Shown piece after piece: positions 41,848 to 51,815 of a DNA stretch of 64,000 nt; positions within the stretch are counted from its first letter, which is position 1, and every line of letters starts with the position of its first letter. The position numbers and the translations under genes are program-made. A model generated the notes under the pieces. The model did no database searches. It had not been told where the DNA came from and saw only the letters and a list, made by a program, of their open reading frames with translations. The stretch is from Longimicrobiales bacterium (lineage in GTDB: Bacteria; Gemmatimonadota; Gemmatimonadetes; Longimicrobiales; Gaopeijiaceae): the NCBI GenBank assembly GCA_965219445.1, contig CBDCNQ010000002.1, forward strand, positions 416,001 to 480,000, in the 5' to 3' direction.

Positions 41848-42663
41848 TCAGGGCAGGAGTGCGGATGCCTTGAAGACCCGGTAGCGATAAGCAACGAGCC
41901 CCCGTTTCAGGCACTGGCGCAAGGCGTTGCCCCCCAGGTGGCTTTCGAGCCTCGCGCTCAGCGAGACGAAGGGCCTCGCGAGGGTGATGAGGAGGCCTAG
42001 CGCCCGATCTCGGGGGCGGTCGAGCTCGAGGAACGGAGTCAGATCCCGGTCTTCCACGAGCTCGAGTCCTTGCTCGGCCGCGAGAGCATTCACTGTCTCC
42101 GAGCGTAGGAGCGAGCTGGCGAGCCACCCTCGGCGGAACTCACGCAGCCACGGATCGTCGTCGGCGCCGGCGAGAAAGTCATCGCAAATCACGAGATATC
42201 CACCTGCGGAGAGTGCTCTCGCCACGTTCTGGAAGAACAATCGGGCATCCGGCGCCTGGACGAAGGATTCGATCGCATAGGCCATGTCGACCGGCCCTTC
42301 AAGAGTCGCCGAGCAGAAATCGAGCTCGGATATGACCGCCCGCCCGTCGAGTCGAGCGCGTGCGAGCTCTGCCTGAACCCCGCTGTTGGTGACGCCCAAG
42401 CCCACCACCTCCGTCTCGCGAAGTAGATATTCCAGGCTCGCGCCGACGCCGCAGCCGAGGTCGAGTATGCGCCGCGCGCCGCTTTCCGCGATTCGGCTCT
42501 TCAGAAGATCGTGTACAAAGTGGAACGCCTCCTCGCGGCGAACGACACCCTCACCCCAAACCGCTCGATGAATGACGCCTTGTGCGCCGCCTTGGCCGTG
42601 AGCGAGAAAGCTCGCCGTATTCTGGTCGTAGTAGCGTGCCACGCGGGCGCTTTCGAATCTCAC
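41848..42663 (-). CDS. Class I SAM-dependent methyltransferase
   Basis: ILDLGCGVG, YAIES. Confidence 0.85.
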   Translation of the reverse strand: MRFESARVARYYDQNTASFLAHGQGGAQGVIHRAVWGEGVVRREEAFHFVHDLLKSRIAESGARRILDLGCGVGASLEYLLRETEVVGLGVTNSGVQAELARARLDGRAVISELDFCSATLEGPVDMAYAIESFVQAPDARLFFQNVARALSAGGYLVICDDFLAGADDDPWLREFRRGWLASSLLRSETVNALAAEQGLELVEDRDLTPFLELDRPRDRALGLLITLARPFVSLSARLESHLGGNALRQCLKRGLVAYRYRVFKASALLP

Positions 42664-42897
42664 GAGAAGGACGTTACAGCCAGATGATCCTCACGGCTGA
42701 CCGTCACTCGGTCCGACATATTCACGCCCTCAACGGTAAGACAGTTCGACAAGCCACCCAGACAGTGGCGGGAACGTAGGTGACCATGAGGAGCATGGCC
42801 ACGATCCTTGGCGAAAGTCCTGCCCTTCCCATAGATTTTCCGCGCCCGCGCCGTTGCCGCGCGTGCCCGAGGGGGCTGGCCGGGCGGAAGTGATCGG

Positions 42898-43278
42898 TTG
42901 AACCCATTGGAAGAGGTGCCAATCTGGTGGTCGCTGATCCTGGGACAAGTCCTCTTCGCAGGATTTCTCACCATGATCATGGGCTGGCGAGGGGACTCTT
43001 CGGCGGGGGCCGGCTTCAAGACCGGCGCACTCGTAGGGCTGGTGTTGGGGCTCAGCCTCAACTTCACGTTCTACGGGACCGCAAATATTGCGAATCTCAC
43101 GGCCACCCTCGTCGATCCGATCATTGTCGTGATCCAGACTGGCATCACCGGTGCGGTCATCGGCACGGTTCTGGGCACGGGCAGCGCCGCCGCCGTGCCA
43201 GCCCACGCCAGCGCACCGCCTCCACCGCCGGCTCCGGCCGCGGACGAGCACACCGGAGAGCACTCGGCAGGCATGTAA
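42898..43278 (+). CDS. Small membrane protein, possibly 5'-truncated
   Basis: Three TM helices and a Pro/Ala-rich tail; weak TTG start. Confidence 0.5.
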   Translation: MNPLEEVPIWWSLILGQVLFAGFLTMIMGWRGDSSAGAGFKTGALVGLVLGLSLNFTFYGTANIANLTATLVDPIIVVIQTGITGAVIGTVLGTGSAAAVPAHASAPPPPPAPAADEHTGEHSAGM

Positions 43279-43510
43279 GCGCCCGGCATCATCGACACGC
43301 CGATCCGGACCCTCGATGTCGGCGAGTACGACGTCAGCGTCGCAGTCGTTTCTCGGGGCCCGGCGGGAGCGGGAGCGCGCCTCGCCGACCCGGCACGTCG
43401 GGGCCCGGGTGGACGGGTAGCGGCATGGAAGGTGGGGTGTCCCGTCAGGTTGCCGAGGGTGACATCATCATCATCCCAGCGGGCACGCCTCACTATTTCT
43501 CCGAGATTCT
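43279..43510 (+). pseudogene. Decayed cupin-domain gene
   Basis: DTPIRTLDVGEYDVSVAVV in one frame, GGVSRQVAEGDIIIIPAGTPHYFSEI (cupin motif 2) in another; no start. Confidence 0.6.
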
Positions 43511-43517
43511 ACGGGCT

Positions 43518-44681
43518 TCAGGCTTCTCGTACTCCTTCCCCTTCCAGGTCTTTATCGAGGGAGACCCGGTTCTTCCCGAGGTCTTTTGCGCGGTACATGG
43601 CACTGTCGGCCGCACGGATGAGAGCCTCTTTCATCTTCTTCGGTTCTTTCCCCTCCCCTTTCTCTAAGGAAGCGATCCCCACACTGCAGGTGATCACCCC
43701 TTCGATATTCAGGGGCGGCTCTCCCGGGGAAGCCCCTTCCCTGACAAAAATATTCCTTTCAATGGCCTCCCGCAGCGTTTCACCATAGTCGTTACTTGTT
43801 TCGAGTGAGTCTCCCGGCAGGAGGATAACGAACTCGTCCCCGCCGTACCTGGCCGACGCCGCGCCTGAATCGAGAAACACTTCCTCAACGATGGTGGCAA
43901 CCTCCCTGAGCACCTGGCTTCCTATGAGGTGCCCGTGCGTATCGTTCACTTCTTTGAAGTGATCGAGGTCGAAAAATATCAACGAGAGGTCGCTCCCCTC
44001 ATCGATCGCTTTTTGCGTTTCCATGTCCAGCCTTTCATGGAAATACCGATCGTTATAGAGGCCCGTCAGGTTGTCCCTTTTGGACAGGTCCTCAAAGCGT
44101 CTCGCATCGAGCGCATTCTTGATAAGTGTCGAAGTATAGCTCGCAAAAATTTCGAGGATGGAGACGTCCCTGTCGTCATAATTGACCTTCTCCTTCCTGT
44201 TGATCAGTTCGATAACGCCGACGACCGAGTCGTCGATCTTGATTGGCATGGAGAGGATCGACTTCGATTCGTATTTGGTCTGCTTGTCGATCGCGTCGTA
44301 GAATTTGTCGTCTTTCGAGATGTCTTTGCTGAGATAAGGCATACCGCTTTGATAGGTGGCCCCGACAATCCCCACATCGTGCGGAAGGTGGGTGCCCGCA
44401 AGCTCCGATGAGCCGACCCCGAAGCAGGCCATACAATAGAGTTTCCCCTCATGTTCCTTGTCCCACTTGAGGAGGGGGTCGTCGAGGAGAATAGAGCCGG
44501 AATCGGAAGGGACGAATTCGTTCGCCCGCAGCAGGATTTGCCTGAGCACCTCTTTTAGATCGACCGCCCGAGCGGGATGCCTCCTCTTGGTTTTCCTCTG
44601 GAGGATGCGGTCGATAATCGTATCGTCCGCAATATAGGTGGCCAGCCCCTTATCCGTTCTCGTTGAAGACGCGTCAGCCAT
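43518..44681 (-). CDS. GAF-GGDEF diguanylate cyclase
   Basis: GAF domain, DNLTGLYN, DLDHFKEVND..GH..G, RYGGDEF, AD.AMY.AK..GKN. Confidence 0.93.
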   Translation of the reverse strand: MADASSTRTDKGLATYIADDTIIDRILQRKTKRRHPARAVDLKEVLRQILLRANEFVPSDSGSILLDDPLLKWDKEHEGKLYCMACFGVGSSELAGTHLPHDVGIVGATYQSGMPYLSKDISKDDKFYDAIDKQTKYESKSILSMPIKIDDSVVGVIELINRKEKVNYDDRDVSILEIFASYTSTLIKNALDARRFEDLSKRDNLTGLYNDRYFHERLDMETQKAIDEGSDLSLIFFDLDHFKEVNDTHGHLIGSQVLREVATIVEEVFLDSGAASARYGGDEFVILLPGDSLETSNDYGETLREAIERNIFVREGASPGEPPLNIEGVITCSVGIASLEKGEGKEPKKMKEALIRAADSAMYRAKDLGKNRVSLDKDLEGEGVREA

Positions 44682-44790
44682 TCAGCATCACCAGGGCTCC
44701 CTGCCTTCGCGTGGCATTGCCATCCTTTCGGTAGGAACAAGACTGTCCTCTCAAACAGCCTAAGTCCAAGTAGAGCTTCCACTTCCCGAA

Positions 44791-44836
44791 GCGTCCCGGG
44801 CAGGAATCGAACCTGCGACCTACTGCTTAGAAGGCA
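44791..44836 (-). tRNA. 3' fragment of tRNA-Arg(TCT), probable att site
   Basis: TGC-CTTCTAA-GCAGT-AGGTC-GCAGG-TTCGATT-CCTGC-CCGGGAC-GC gives anticodon loop, T-arm and 3' acceptor strand; the 5' acceptor strand and D-arm are absent. Confidence 0.8.
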
Positions 44837-44985
44837 AGCTCAAATGGGTACCAGATTCCGACAAGAAACAGTATAAACCATTGGCGGGCTGCACGATATG
44901 CCGTTGTCCGCCTGATCCAATGTCGGAATCCACCGTCCTGAATCGACAGTAACCGACCGTTCCTACATTCTTGGGGTCTACTCGT

Positions 44986-45273
44986 TCACGGGACAGACCG
45001 GCAGATAGGGGAGAGCTCGACCGTGAGCTCCCTTTGGCGGCTTTCGGCGTTCGCTGTGGATGTTACCTCGCAGACGTAGTGCGTCGGACGCTGTGCTCGG
45101 ATGCAGGCGTTATCGCCCTTGAGGTGGGCGAGCAGTCGCTCACGAATATTACCCTTACCGACGTATATCCAAGTGGAGCCCGCGGAGATTCCGTAGACCC
45201 CGTACTGTCCAATTCTCAACTCCCCAATTCCTGCCTGCGTGAAAGGACGCGGGTATTGCTGAGTGAAGGCCAT
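44986..45273 (-). CDS. Small GIY-YIG-like protein
   Basis: GVYGI....WIYVGKG.IRERL..H...E motif spacing. Confidence 0.6.
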   Translation of the reverse strand: MAFTQQYPRPFTQAGIGELRIGQYGVYGISAGSTWIYVGKGNIRERLLAHLKGDNACIRAQRPTHYVCEVTSTANAESRQRELTVELSPICRSVP

Positions 45274-45480
45274 TTCCGTACCTGAGAGTTGACGTTTCCT
45301 AACGAAACAACATCACCTTGGCAGCGCCACGGCGATACCTACGAGCCTGAACCGAGCCTCATGACCGGATGAAAGTCCCCAACAAAACGCTTGCCTGCAC
45401 TCGGATCTCCGTCGCATTGTTTAGTAACAGTCTATTCACGAAGCCGTTCCCCCCGACGGCGAGACGACGGTGCATGTATC

Positions 45481-45951
45481 ATGGCTTCTCCCAGCAAGAT
45501 ATCGAACGCGTTGATCCCCGTCGTTGAGGACAATCCCGACGATGCGGCATTGATCCAGGCGGTGTTCGACGTGAGCCTGGTCCACACCAAGACTCAGTTG
45601 GTCGTCAGTGGTTGGGAGGCTCGGTTGTACCTTGCGGGGGAGTCGCCGTATGAGGACCGGTACTGGAATCCACTTCCATCGCTCATCGTCCTCGACCTCG
45701 GGTTACCGGACGGTGCCGGATTCGAGCCTGGTTTCGAGATCCTGGCGTGGCTCGCGGAACGAGAAGAGGTTTCCGGGATCCCGGTCATTGTATTTACGGC
45801 ATCCGAAGATCCCGAGCACGCCCGGAGGGCCTACGCGTTGGGAGCGCGACGCTTCTTGCGGAAAGCCGATGATTACGAAAATTTGACCGAAGCGGTCAAG
45901 GAAGCACTCGACCGGTGTATCGAAACGCAGCAACGCGAGGCGATCAGCTGA
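45481..45951 (+). CDS. Single-domain response regulator receiver
   Basis: VEDNPDD, LIVLDLGLPD, VIVFTAS, FLRK. Confidence 0.85.
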   Translation: MASPSKISNALIPVVEDNPDDAALIQAVFDVSLVHTKTQLVVSGWEARLYLAGESPYEDRYWNPLPSLIVLDLGLPDGAGFEPGFEILAWLAEREEVSGIPVIVFTASEDPEHARRAYALGARRFLRKADDYENLTEAVKEALDRCIETQQREAIS

Positions 45952-46222
45952 TTCTGGCCACGGAGCCTCCTAACTAGCCATCCCTCCACAGAAAGCCGGC
46001 CACCCCCGTCGTTCGGAGGTGGCGGTAGCAACCGACAGTGATGGGCAGCGGTCTCGTCCATGCAGGGAGCGTTGCAGGAGGGACACACGCCGCCCCGGAC
46101 TTCGTCTTCGACCCAGACCCTGCCCAGGTCGGCCTGTGCGCTTTATCATATGGGTGTTCCAGCGCCCGGTTCTCGGATGAGGCCGTTGGTGGGGAGGCGT
46201 GAGTTCAATGAGGGCCTAGGGT

Positions 46223-46606
46223 ATGACTCGGACGATGCTGGCCGGCAAAATCCATCGGGCGACGGTGACCGAGGTCAACGTCGATTATGAGGGCTCGATA
46301 ACGATCGATCCGAGCCTCCTGGAGGCCTCCGGGATCCTGCCGTACGAAAAGGTCCAGGTTCTGGACATCACGAATGGCGCTCGGGTGGAAACCTACGCCA
46401 TCGAGGGCGAACGGGGGGCGGGTGAAGTCTGCGTCAACGGTGCGGCGGGGCATCTGATCCACGAGGGAGACTTGGTTATCATCCTCCATTTCGCGCAGGT
46501 CGGAGATGAAGAAGCCCCCCACGTCAAGCCGAAGATCGTGCGGGTGGACGCGAGAAACCACATCGCTTCCAAGCGCAGTCCGCTCCAAACCTACGCTGAC
46601 CGCTAG
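46223..46606 (+). CDS. panD: Aspartate 1-decarboxylase
   Basis: KIHRATVT, YEG/SITID self-cleavage site, NGAR.ETY, NGAA. Confidence 0.97.
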   Translation: MTRTMLAGKIHRATVTEVNVDYEGSITIDPSLLEASGILPYEKVQVLDITNGARVETYAIEGERGAGEVCVNGAAGHLIHEGDLVIILHFAQVGDEEAPHVKPKIVRVDARNHIASKRSPLQTYADR

Positions 46607-46635
46607 TTTGCGTCGGTCCATGGGATCCACCTGCC

Positions 46636-47469
46636 GTGCGCGTTAGCATCCAGGACCTTCAAGTGTCGAAGGACCGGGGCGAGCGGTTTCCGGTCCTCAC
46701 GGCGTACGACTACCCCACCGCAAAGATCATCGACGAGCTTGGAATCCCCTTGATTCTCGTTGGGGATAGCTTGGGAAACGTGGTTCTCGGCTACGAATCG
46801 ACGGTCTTCGTGACGATGGATGAGATGCTCCACCACACGAAGGCGGTGACCCGTGGGGCGAAGCAGTCCCTGGTCGTGGGCGACATGCCGTTCATGAGCT
46901 ATCAGACGAATCCTGATGACGCTTTGACCAATGCTGCGCGGTTCCTGCGAGAAGGAGGAGCCCAGGCCGTAAAGCTCGAGGGCGGTGAGATTATGGCGGA
47001 GACGGTCCGCACCCTAACGGACCGCGGTATCGCCGTCATGGGCCACATCGGGTTCACGCCGCAGTCCGCGTATAAGATCGGGCAGCGGGTACAGGGTCGG
47101 TCTCTGGAGGCCGCCCGCAAGCTGGTTCGCGATGCTCAGGCGTTGGATGAGGCGGGAGCGTTCGCGGTCGTGTTGGAGTTGGTGCCCTCAGAGCTCGCGA
47201 AGGTGATTACGGATCGCATAAAGGTGCCAACGATCGGCATTGGTGCCGGCCCCGATTGCGATGCTCAGGTCCAGGTGATTAGTGATATCTTGGGCCTTTA
47301 CACCGATTTCGTACCGCGCCACGCCAAACGGTTCGCGAATCTGGCCGACGCCATCCGTGAAGGGGTGAAGGGTTACGCCGCCGAAGTGATGGACGGTAGC
47401 TTCCCAGCCGAAGAGCATGGCGCCGGGATGGAGGACGAGGTTCTGCGCGCACTGTTGAAGGACCTGTAG
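46636..47469 (+). CDS. panB: Ketopantoate hydroxymethyltransferase
   Basis: LTAYDY, LVGDSLG, DMPFMSY, KLEGG, GHIG.TPQ. Confidence 0.97.
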   Translation: MRVSIQDLQVSKDRGERFPVLTAYDYPTAKIIDELGIPLILVGDSLGNVVLGYESTVFVTMDEMLHHTKAVTRGAKQSLVVGDMPFMSYQTNPDDALTNAARFLREGGAQAVKLEGGEIMAETVRTLTDRGIAVMGHIGFTPQSAYKIGQRVQGRSLEAARKLVRDAQALDEAGAFAVVLELVPSELAKVITDRIKVPTIGIGAGPDCDAQVQVISDILGLYTDFVPRHAKRFANLADAIREGVKGYAAEVMDGSFPAEEHGAGMEDEVLRALLKDL

Positions 47470-47487
47470 TCTCGCCGCTCTTAACGA

Positions 47488-48339
47488 ATGCAGATCCTTA
47501 CTACGATCGACGACTTCCGCTCAGTACGAGAGAAGATCCGCTCCACCGGGTCGTTGGGGTTCGTCCCGACGATGGGCTATCTGCACGATGGCCATCTCGA
47601 GTTGGTACGACACGCGCGTGTGGAGAATGGGAGGGTCGCCGTGTCCATTTTCATGAACCCGACTCAATTCGGCCCGGATGAGGACCTGCGTACTTACCCG
47701 CGCGACTTTGAAGGAGATCAGGCCCTTCTGGAGAAAGCGGGGTGTGACCTCCTCTTCTATCCAGCCGTGGAAGAAATGTACCCGCCCGACGGTGGGGATG
47801 TCCACGTATTGCCGGGGAAGCTGGCGACCGTGCTGGAGGGAGCTTCACGGCCGGGGCATTTCCGTGGCGTTGCAACGGTCGTGGCGAAACTCTTCAACAT
47901 TGTACAGCCAGAAAGAGCCTACTTCGGCCAAAAGGACGGTCAGCAGCTCGTGGTCATACGACGGATGGCACGGGACCTAGACTTTCCTGTTAAGATCGTT
48001 GCCGTGCCCACAGTACGCGAGCCGGACGGGTTGGCTATGTCTAGCCGCAATACCTACCTGAGTCCCGACGAGCGGTCGGGAGCGACCGTCCTCTACCGGG
48101 CCTTGATGCGCGCGCAGGAACTCCACTTGAAGGGAGAGCAAGACGCTAAGGTGCTCCGTGCAGCGGTGTTCGATGTCCTGGCCTCCGAGTGTCTCGCCGT
48201 GGCGGACTATGTTTCGATCGCCGACCCCGATACGCTGGAAGAGCTGGATTGGGTCGATGCCGACGCGCTGGTGTCGCTGGCCGTGCGAATCGGTCAGACT
48301 CGCCTCATCGATAACATCTTGCTAGGATCTCCAGCCTAG
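47488..48339 (+). CDS. panC: Pantothenate synthetase
   Basis: VPTMGYLHDGH, RPGHFRGV, FGQKD, GLAMSSRN, RLIDN. Confidence 0.97.
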   Translation: MQILTTIDDFRSVREKIRSTGSLGFVPTMGYLHDGHLELVRHARVENGRVAVSIFMNPTQFGPDEDLRTYPRDFEGDQALLEKAGCDLLFYPAVEEMYPPDGGDVHVLPGKLATVLEGASRPGHFRGVATVVAKLFNIVQPERAYFGQKDGQQLVVIRRMARDLDFPVKIVAVPTVREPDGLAMSSRNTYLSPDERSGATVLYRALMRAQELHLKGEQDAKVLRAAVFDVLASECLAVADYVSIADPDTLEELDWVDADALVSLAVRIGQTRLIDNILLGSPA

Positions 48340-48644
48340 CTTAGGGCAAGCCAGAGCCTACTTCGGCACCACGGAACGAAGTTCGCCACAAACTCTTGGA
48401 GCCTGAGGAAGCTGTCGAGGCCAAAGAGCCTGTCAGCGTTGAATCGATTGCAGCGCGGCCACTCCACCACCACCCGCCTCACCGTCTCGCTCCAAAACAG
48501 AAGCGGCCACTCCCCCGCTCTGTCCGTCTCCACCTCGAACTCCTCGTGCTCACGCATCATGGAGAGGAACCACTCGTGTGCGTCACGGGCTGTGTGGATG
48601 CCGTAGGAACGTGATAGGCCGAAGGAGACCTCGGTGGGTGCCAT
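48336..48644 (-). CDS. Hypothetical protein
   Basis: 102-aa ATG ORF only; no recognisable motif. Confidence 0.3.
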   Translation of the reverse strand: MAPTEVSFGLSRSYGIHTARDAHEWFLSMMREHEEFEVETDRAGEWPLLFWSETVRRVVVEWPRCNRFNADRLFGLDSFLRLQEFVANFVPWCRSRLWLALS

Positions 48645-48792
48645 GCCCGAGTCAGGATATTCGCAGCGGACGGTTAAGCGGGGGTTCCGAGTCGATGGCT
48701 GCAGCTGAACTCAGCAGCGACTGACCAAAATTGTTGTCTGTAGAATATTACGTGTTTCCCCCACCTGACGTAGAATTGCACGGACCCAATCA

Positions 48793-48837
48793 GAGGAGGC
48801 GTTAGTCAGTGAAGTACTTCACTACGGGAGAAGCCTT
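48793..48837 (+). pseudogene. Detached RBS and first codons of the ParB-like gene
   Basis: GAGGAGG, then GTG 48809 reading VKYFTTGEA; continues in frame at 872 (-) as F-EDKVEAERE. Confidence 0.85.
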
Positions 48838-48867
48838 GGAGGTTGGGTCAATAGGTGTGTAAATGTT

Positions 48868-50112
48868 TCAGGCGGCGTTTTTCCGCTGTTGGGTTGAGAC
48901 GGGCTTTCCGTCTTCGAACTTTCTTCCTTCAAATACGTCCTTGAGGAGGTGAGGAGCGTCGAGCCTTCTGAAGCGCTTCTCCGCCACCAAGAGCAGCTTC
49001 CAGATCAGCGCCGTAGCGCTCTCGACCCGCTTGAAGCGCTTCGCCGCCGTTGTCCTGAGCCGTACTGCGGCAAAGGGGCTCTCGACCACGTTCGTCGTGC
49101 GTAGATGCTTCCAGTGGTCCTCGGGGAAGTCGTAGAACGCCACCATCCGCTCCCAGTCGTCCTCGAGTACATCCACCGCCTTCGGATACCACGGTCTGTA
49201 GCGCCTGGCGAACGCCTCACGGGCCTTCAGCGCCTCGGACCGCCTCGGTGCGTAGACCACGGTCCTGAGAAGGTCCTTCGCCTCGCTCTGCTCCCGCTGA
49301 GGCAGCCGGTCCAGCACGTTCCTCATCTTGTGGTTCCAGCACCGTTGCTCGCCCGCCTCAGGCCATACCTGCCGTACTGCGCCCCAGATCGCCGCGTTGC
49401 CGTCCGCCATCAAAAGCCGGGGCGCCTCGATGCCGCGTGCCTTCAGATCCCGCAACACCTCGGACCAGGACTCGACCGACTCTCGGTAGCCCGATCTCAG
49501 GGCCAACACCTCCTTCGTACCATCTCGCATCGCACCGAGAACCACCAGCAGCGCTGCCTTGTCCCGCTCGAGCCCCGCCTTCACGTAGATCCCGTCCGCC
49601 CAGACGTAGACGACCTCACGGTCGGCCAGCGAGCGCTTCGACCATTCCTCGAATTTCCTTGTCCATCCCGCCCGCAGCCGCCAAATCGAAGACTTCGACA
49701 ACGGGGCCCCCTCGCCCAGCAGGCCCCGCATCGCCAGCTCGAAGTCTCCCTCCGCCAGCCCGTGCAGATACAGCTCCGGAAGCAGAGCACCCACCTCCTT
49801 CGTCCGTCGTGCGAACAACGGCAACACCCGACTCTCGAACCGCTCCTCAATGCCTCGAACCCGGGGCCGTCGGAGCATGATCGTGCCCGAGCTCATCGCC
49901 AGCCGCCGAGCCTTGCCGTAGCCGTTGCGGTAGCCTGGCGCCGGGTCTACGACCGTCTTCCGCTCCGACTTCTCCCGGCCGAGCAACTCCGTCACTTCCT
50001 CCTCCAGAATCCGCTGGACCATCTCCTGGGCCTTCTCACGAACCAGCGCTTCCAAGCACTCCCACGTCGGCGTGCTGGACTCACTCTCGGGTCCCACCAT
50101 ATTCTTCCTCAC
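48868..50112 (-). CDS. IS256-family transposase
   Basis: Protein identical to 2584-3828. Confidence 0.95.
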   Translation of the reverse strand: MRKNMVGPESESSTPTWECLEALVREKAQEMVQRILEEEVTELLGREKSERKTVVDPAPGYRNGYGKARRLAMSSGTIMLRRPRVRGIEERFESRVLPLFARRTKEVGALLPELYLHGLAEGDFELAMRGLLGEGAPLSKSSIWRLRAGWTRKFEEWSKRSLADREVVYVWADGIYVKAGLERDKAALLVVLGAMRDGTKEVLALRSGYRESVESWSEVLRDLKARGIEAPRLLMADGNAAIWGAVRQVWPEAGEQRCWNHKMRNVLDRLPQREQSEAKDLLRTVVYAPRRSEALKAREAFARRYRPWYPKAVDVLEDDWERMVAFYDFPEDHWKHLRTTNVVESPFAAVRLRTTAAKRFKRVESATALIWKLLLVAEKRFRRLDAPHLLKDVFEGRKFEDGKPVSTQQRKNAA

Positions 50113-50390
50113 GAGGCATCGTTCCTTTCCCCCGGGCGCTCACCCGGGATTCGCTGGTTAACTTCTTACTACCTAGCGGAAAGGTACGTCGCCTCTTTTT
50201 TTACACACCCTTCTATGGGGCTGGCGGTCAAGACGCACCTTCCCCACGCGCCGTCGGCTCATTTTTTGACCGTCGGCGTCCGCATGGTTTGGATTGCCCG
50301 GTCGACGACTCAGGGTGGGGAGGGGTGCGCTCGCAGGGTCCGCATCGCAGTCCGGAAGACGTTCACAGCCGTCGCGTTCTCCGCTCTGGA

Positions 50391-50531
50391 GCGGGAACCA
50401 TCCTTCTATCTGGGACTCTGTGGCCCATCGCTTCGTTCGGCTCTTCCAGGGGTGCATAGCCTTTGAGTGGGGGCTTGGGCTCTCTGCCCCGGCCCACGGT
50501 GTGTATGGATGCTGTCCCCTGTAACCGGTTC
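50391..50531 (-). ncRNA. Predicted seekRNA/bridge RNA (copy 2)
   Basis: Mirror of 2165-2305. Confidence 0.75.
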
Positions 50532-50598
50532 GCTTCCGTTTCGTCGGACCCCATGTTGTGACCGCTTTCGACCCCACGCTCGCCGATCCCAGGCCGGT

Positions 50599-51654
50599 TT
50601 ACTCCGTCGCTTCCAGTCTCTTGGGGTCGTACGCTTCGCCCGTGCGCCACACCGCTAGCACGATCGAGGCGAGCTGACGCGCGATCGTCAGCTTCGCCAG
50701 ATTCGGCTTCGTGCCCCCCTCCAGGAGTCGCTCGTAGTGGCGGTACAAGGGCTCGTCCTCGGCCCGACCGATCACCGTCGTCGCTGCGCCCTTGAACACA
50801 CGCTTCAGCGTGTGGTTGAAGTTCCGATTCAGCCCCCGCGTCTGCTGTACCGGTTCCCTTACCCACCGCCCACCCGGACCCCGCACCCAGTCCGACGAGC
50901 TCCGCATCACGACGCCCAGTCCGCAGTACGCCCAGAACCTGCTCCGGCTCTGGAACCGGTACGGCGTCACCACCACCGGCAGGAGCTCCGCCGTCCGGAT
51001 CGGACCCAGACCCGGGCACGTCTTCAGCACATGCCACTCTCGATGCTTGCGTGCTTCCGCCAGCAACGCCTTCTCGGCCTTCGCCCTCAATGCCACGAGT
51101 GCGTCGTGCTCCTCGTACAGCAACCCGGCCGTCGTCCTGCTCGCTTCCGGCAGCTTGGCCAACCACTCCTCCCGGTCGCGCTTTAAGTAGACCGAGCGCC
51201 CCGCGCCGTAGGCCACTCCTCTCGAGCGCAGCACGCTCTTGAGCCGGTTCTTCACCCGCACCGTGTCGCCGACCAAGAAGTCGTAGCTCTTCGCCCGTTC
51301 CCCCAGCCGCCTGAACTGGCCCCGGTTCTTGTAGACCGTCGTCTCCAGTGATCCGATCCGCAGCTTCTCCGCCAGGGCAAACGCGTCCAGCTTGTCGGTC
51401 TTCGGGCCCCGGCTCTTGCCGACCCCCGCCACCGTCAGCTCCTCCACGTGCGGCTTCAGCACCTCGTACAGCCACCCCGACAGCGTCCCTTCTTCCAGGC
51501 ACAAGTGCCGGTTCCTCGGAATCCCTCGCAGCACCTCGATCAGCGCCCGCGCGTTCGTTTCCACCACCTGCGAGCCCAAGCGCTTGCCGCTGGGGCCTAC
51601 AATCCCCAGCGTGCAGCTCGACGCGTGTGCGTCGAGTCCGATATATCTCTCCAT
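50599..51654 (-). CDS. IS110-family DEDD recombinase/transposase
   Basis: As copy 1 with three amino-acid differences (LEPH/LKPH, ETRV/ETTV, AENE/AEDE). Confidence 0.93.
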   Translation of the reverse strand: MERYIGLDAHASSCTLGIVGPSGKRLGSQVVETNARALIEVLRGIPRNRHLCLEEGTLSGWLYEVLKPHVEELTVAGVGKSRGPKTDKLDAFALAEKLRIGSLETTVYKNRGQFRRLGERAKSYDFLVGDTVRVKNRLKSVLRSRGVAYGAGRSVYLKRDREEWLAKLPEASRTTAGLLYEEHDALVALRAKAEKALLAEARKHREWHVLKTCPGLGPIRTAELLPVVVTPYRFQSRSRFWAYCGLGVVMRSSSDWVRGPGGRWVREPVQQTRGLNRNFNHTLKRVFKGAATTVIGRAEDEPLYRHYERLLEGGTKPNLAKLTIARQLASIVLAVWRTGEAYDPKRLEATE

Positions 51655-51815
51655 CGGCGTTCTCCTCTTGGATAGGTGGGTTGCTTCCTTGCGCGAACAA
51701 TGATGAACGCGCACCCGTTCCCGGAGGAGAACGCCTCTTCGTCTTCGGGCTGCTTAGCTGCTGATCGGTACCGGTAGCCGTCGCCATGCCCCTATGATGC
51801 CTTTGATCCTAGCTC

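Larger units (their letters stand above)
50209..51799 (-). mobile_element. IS1111-type insertion sequence (copy 2)
   Basis: Same AAGG junctions and non-coding region as copy 1; about ten substitutions in the transposase ORF. Confidence 0.9.
48838..51815 (-). mobile_element. IS256-family element (copy 2) with nested IS1111-type element
   Basis: Reverse complement of 881-3858, same length and same junctions. Confidence 0.93.

Noticed and set aside
44791..44870. Complete tRNA-Arg gene
   Set aside because: No 5' acceptor strand complementary to CCGGGAC and no D-arm; kept only as a fragment.
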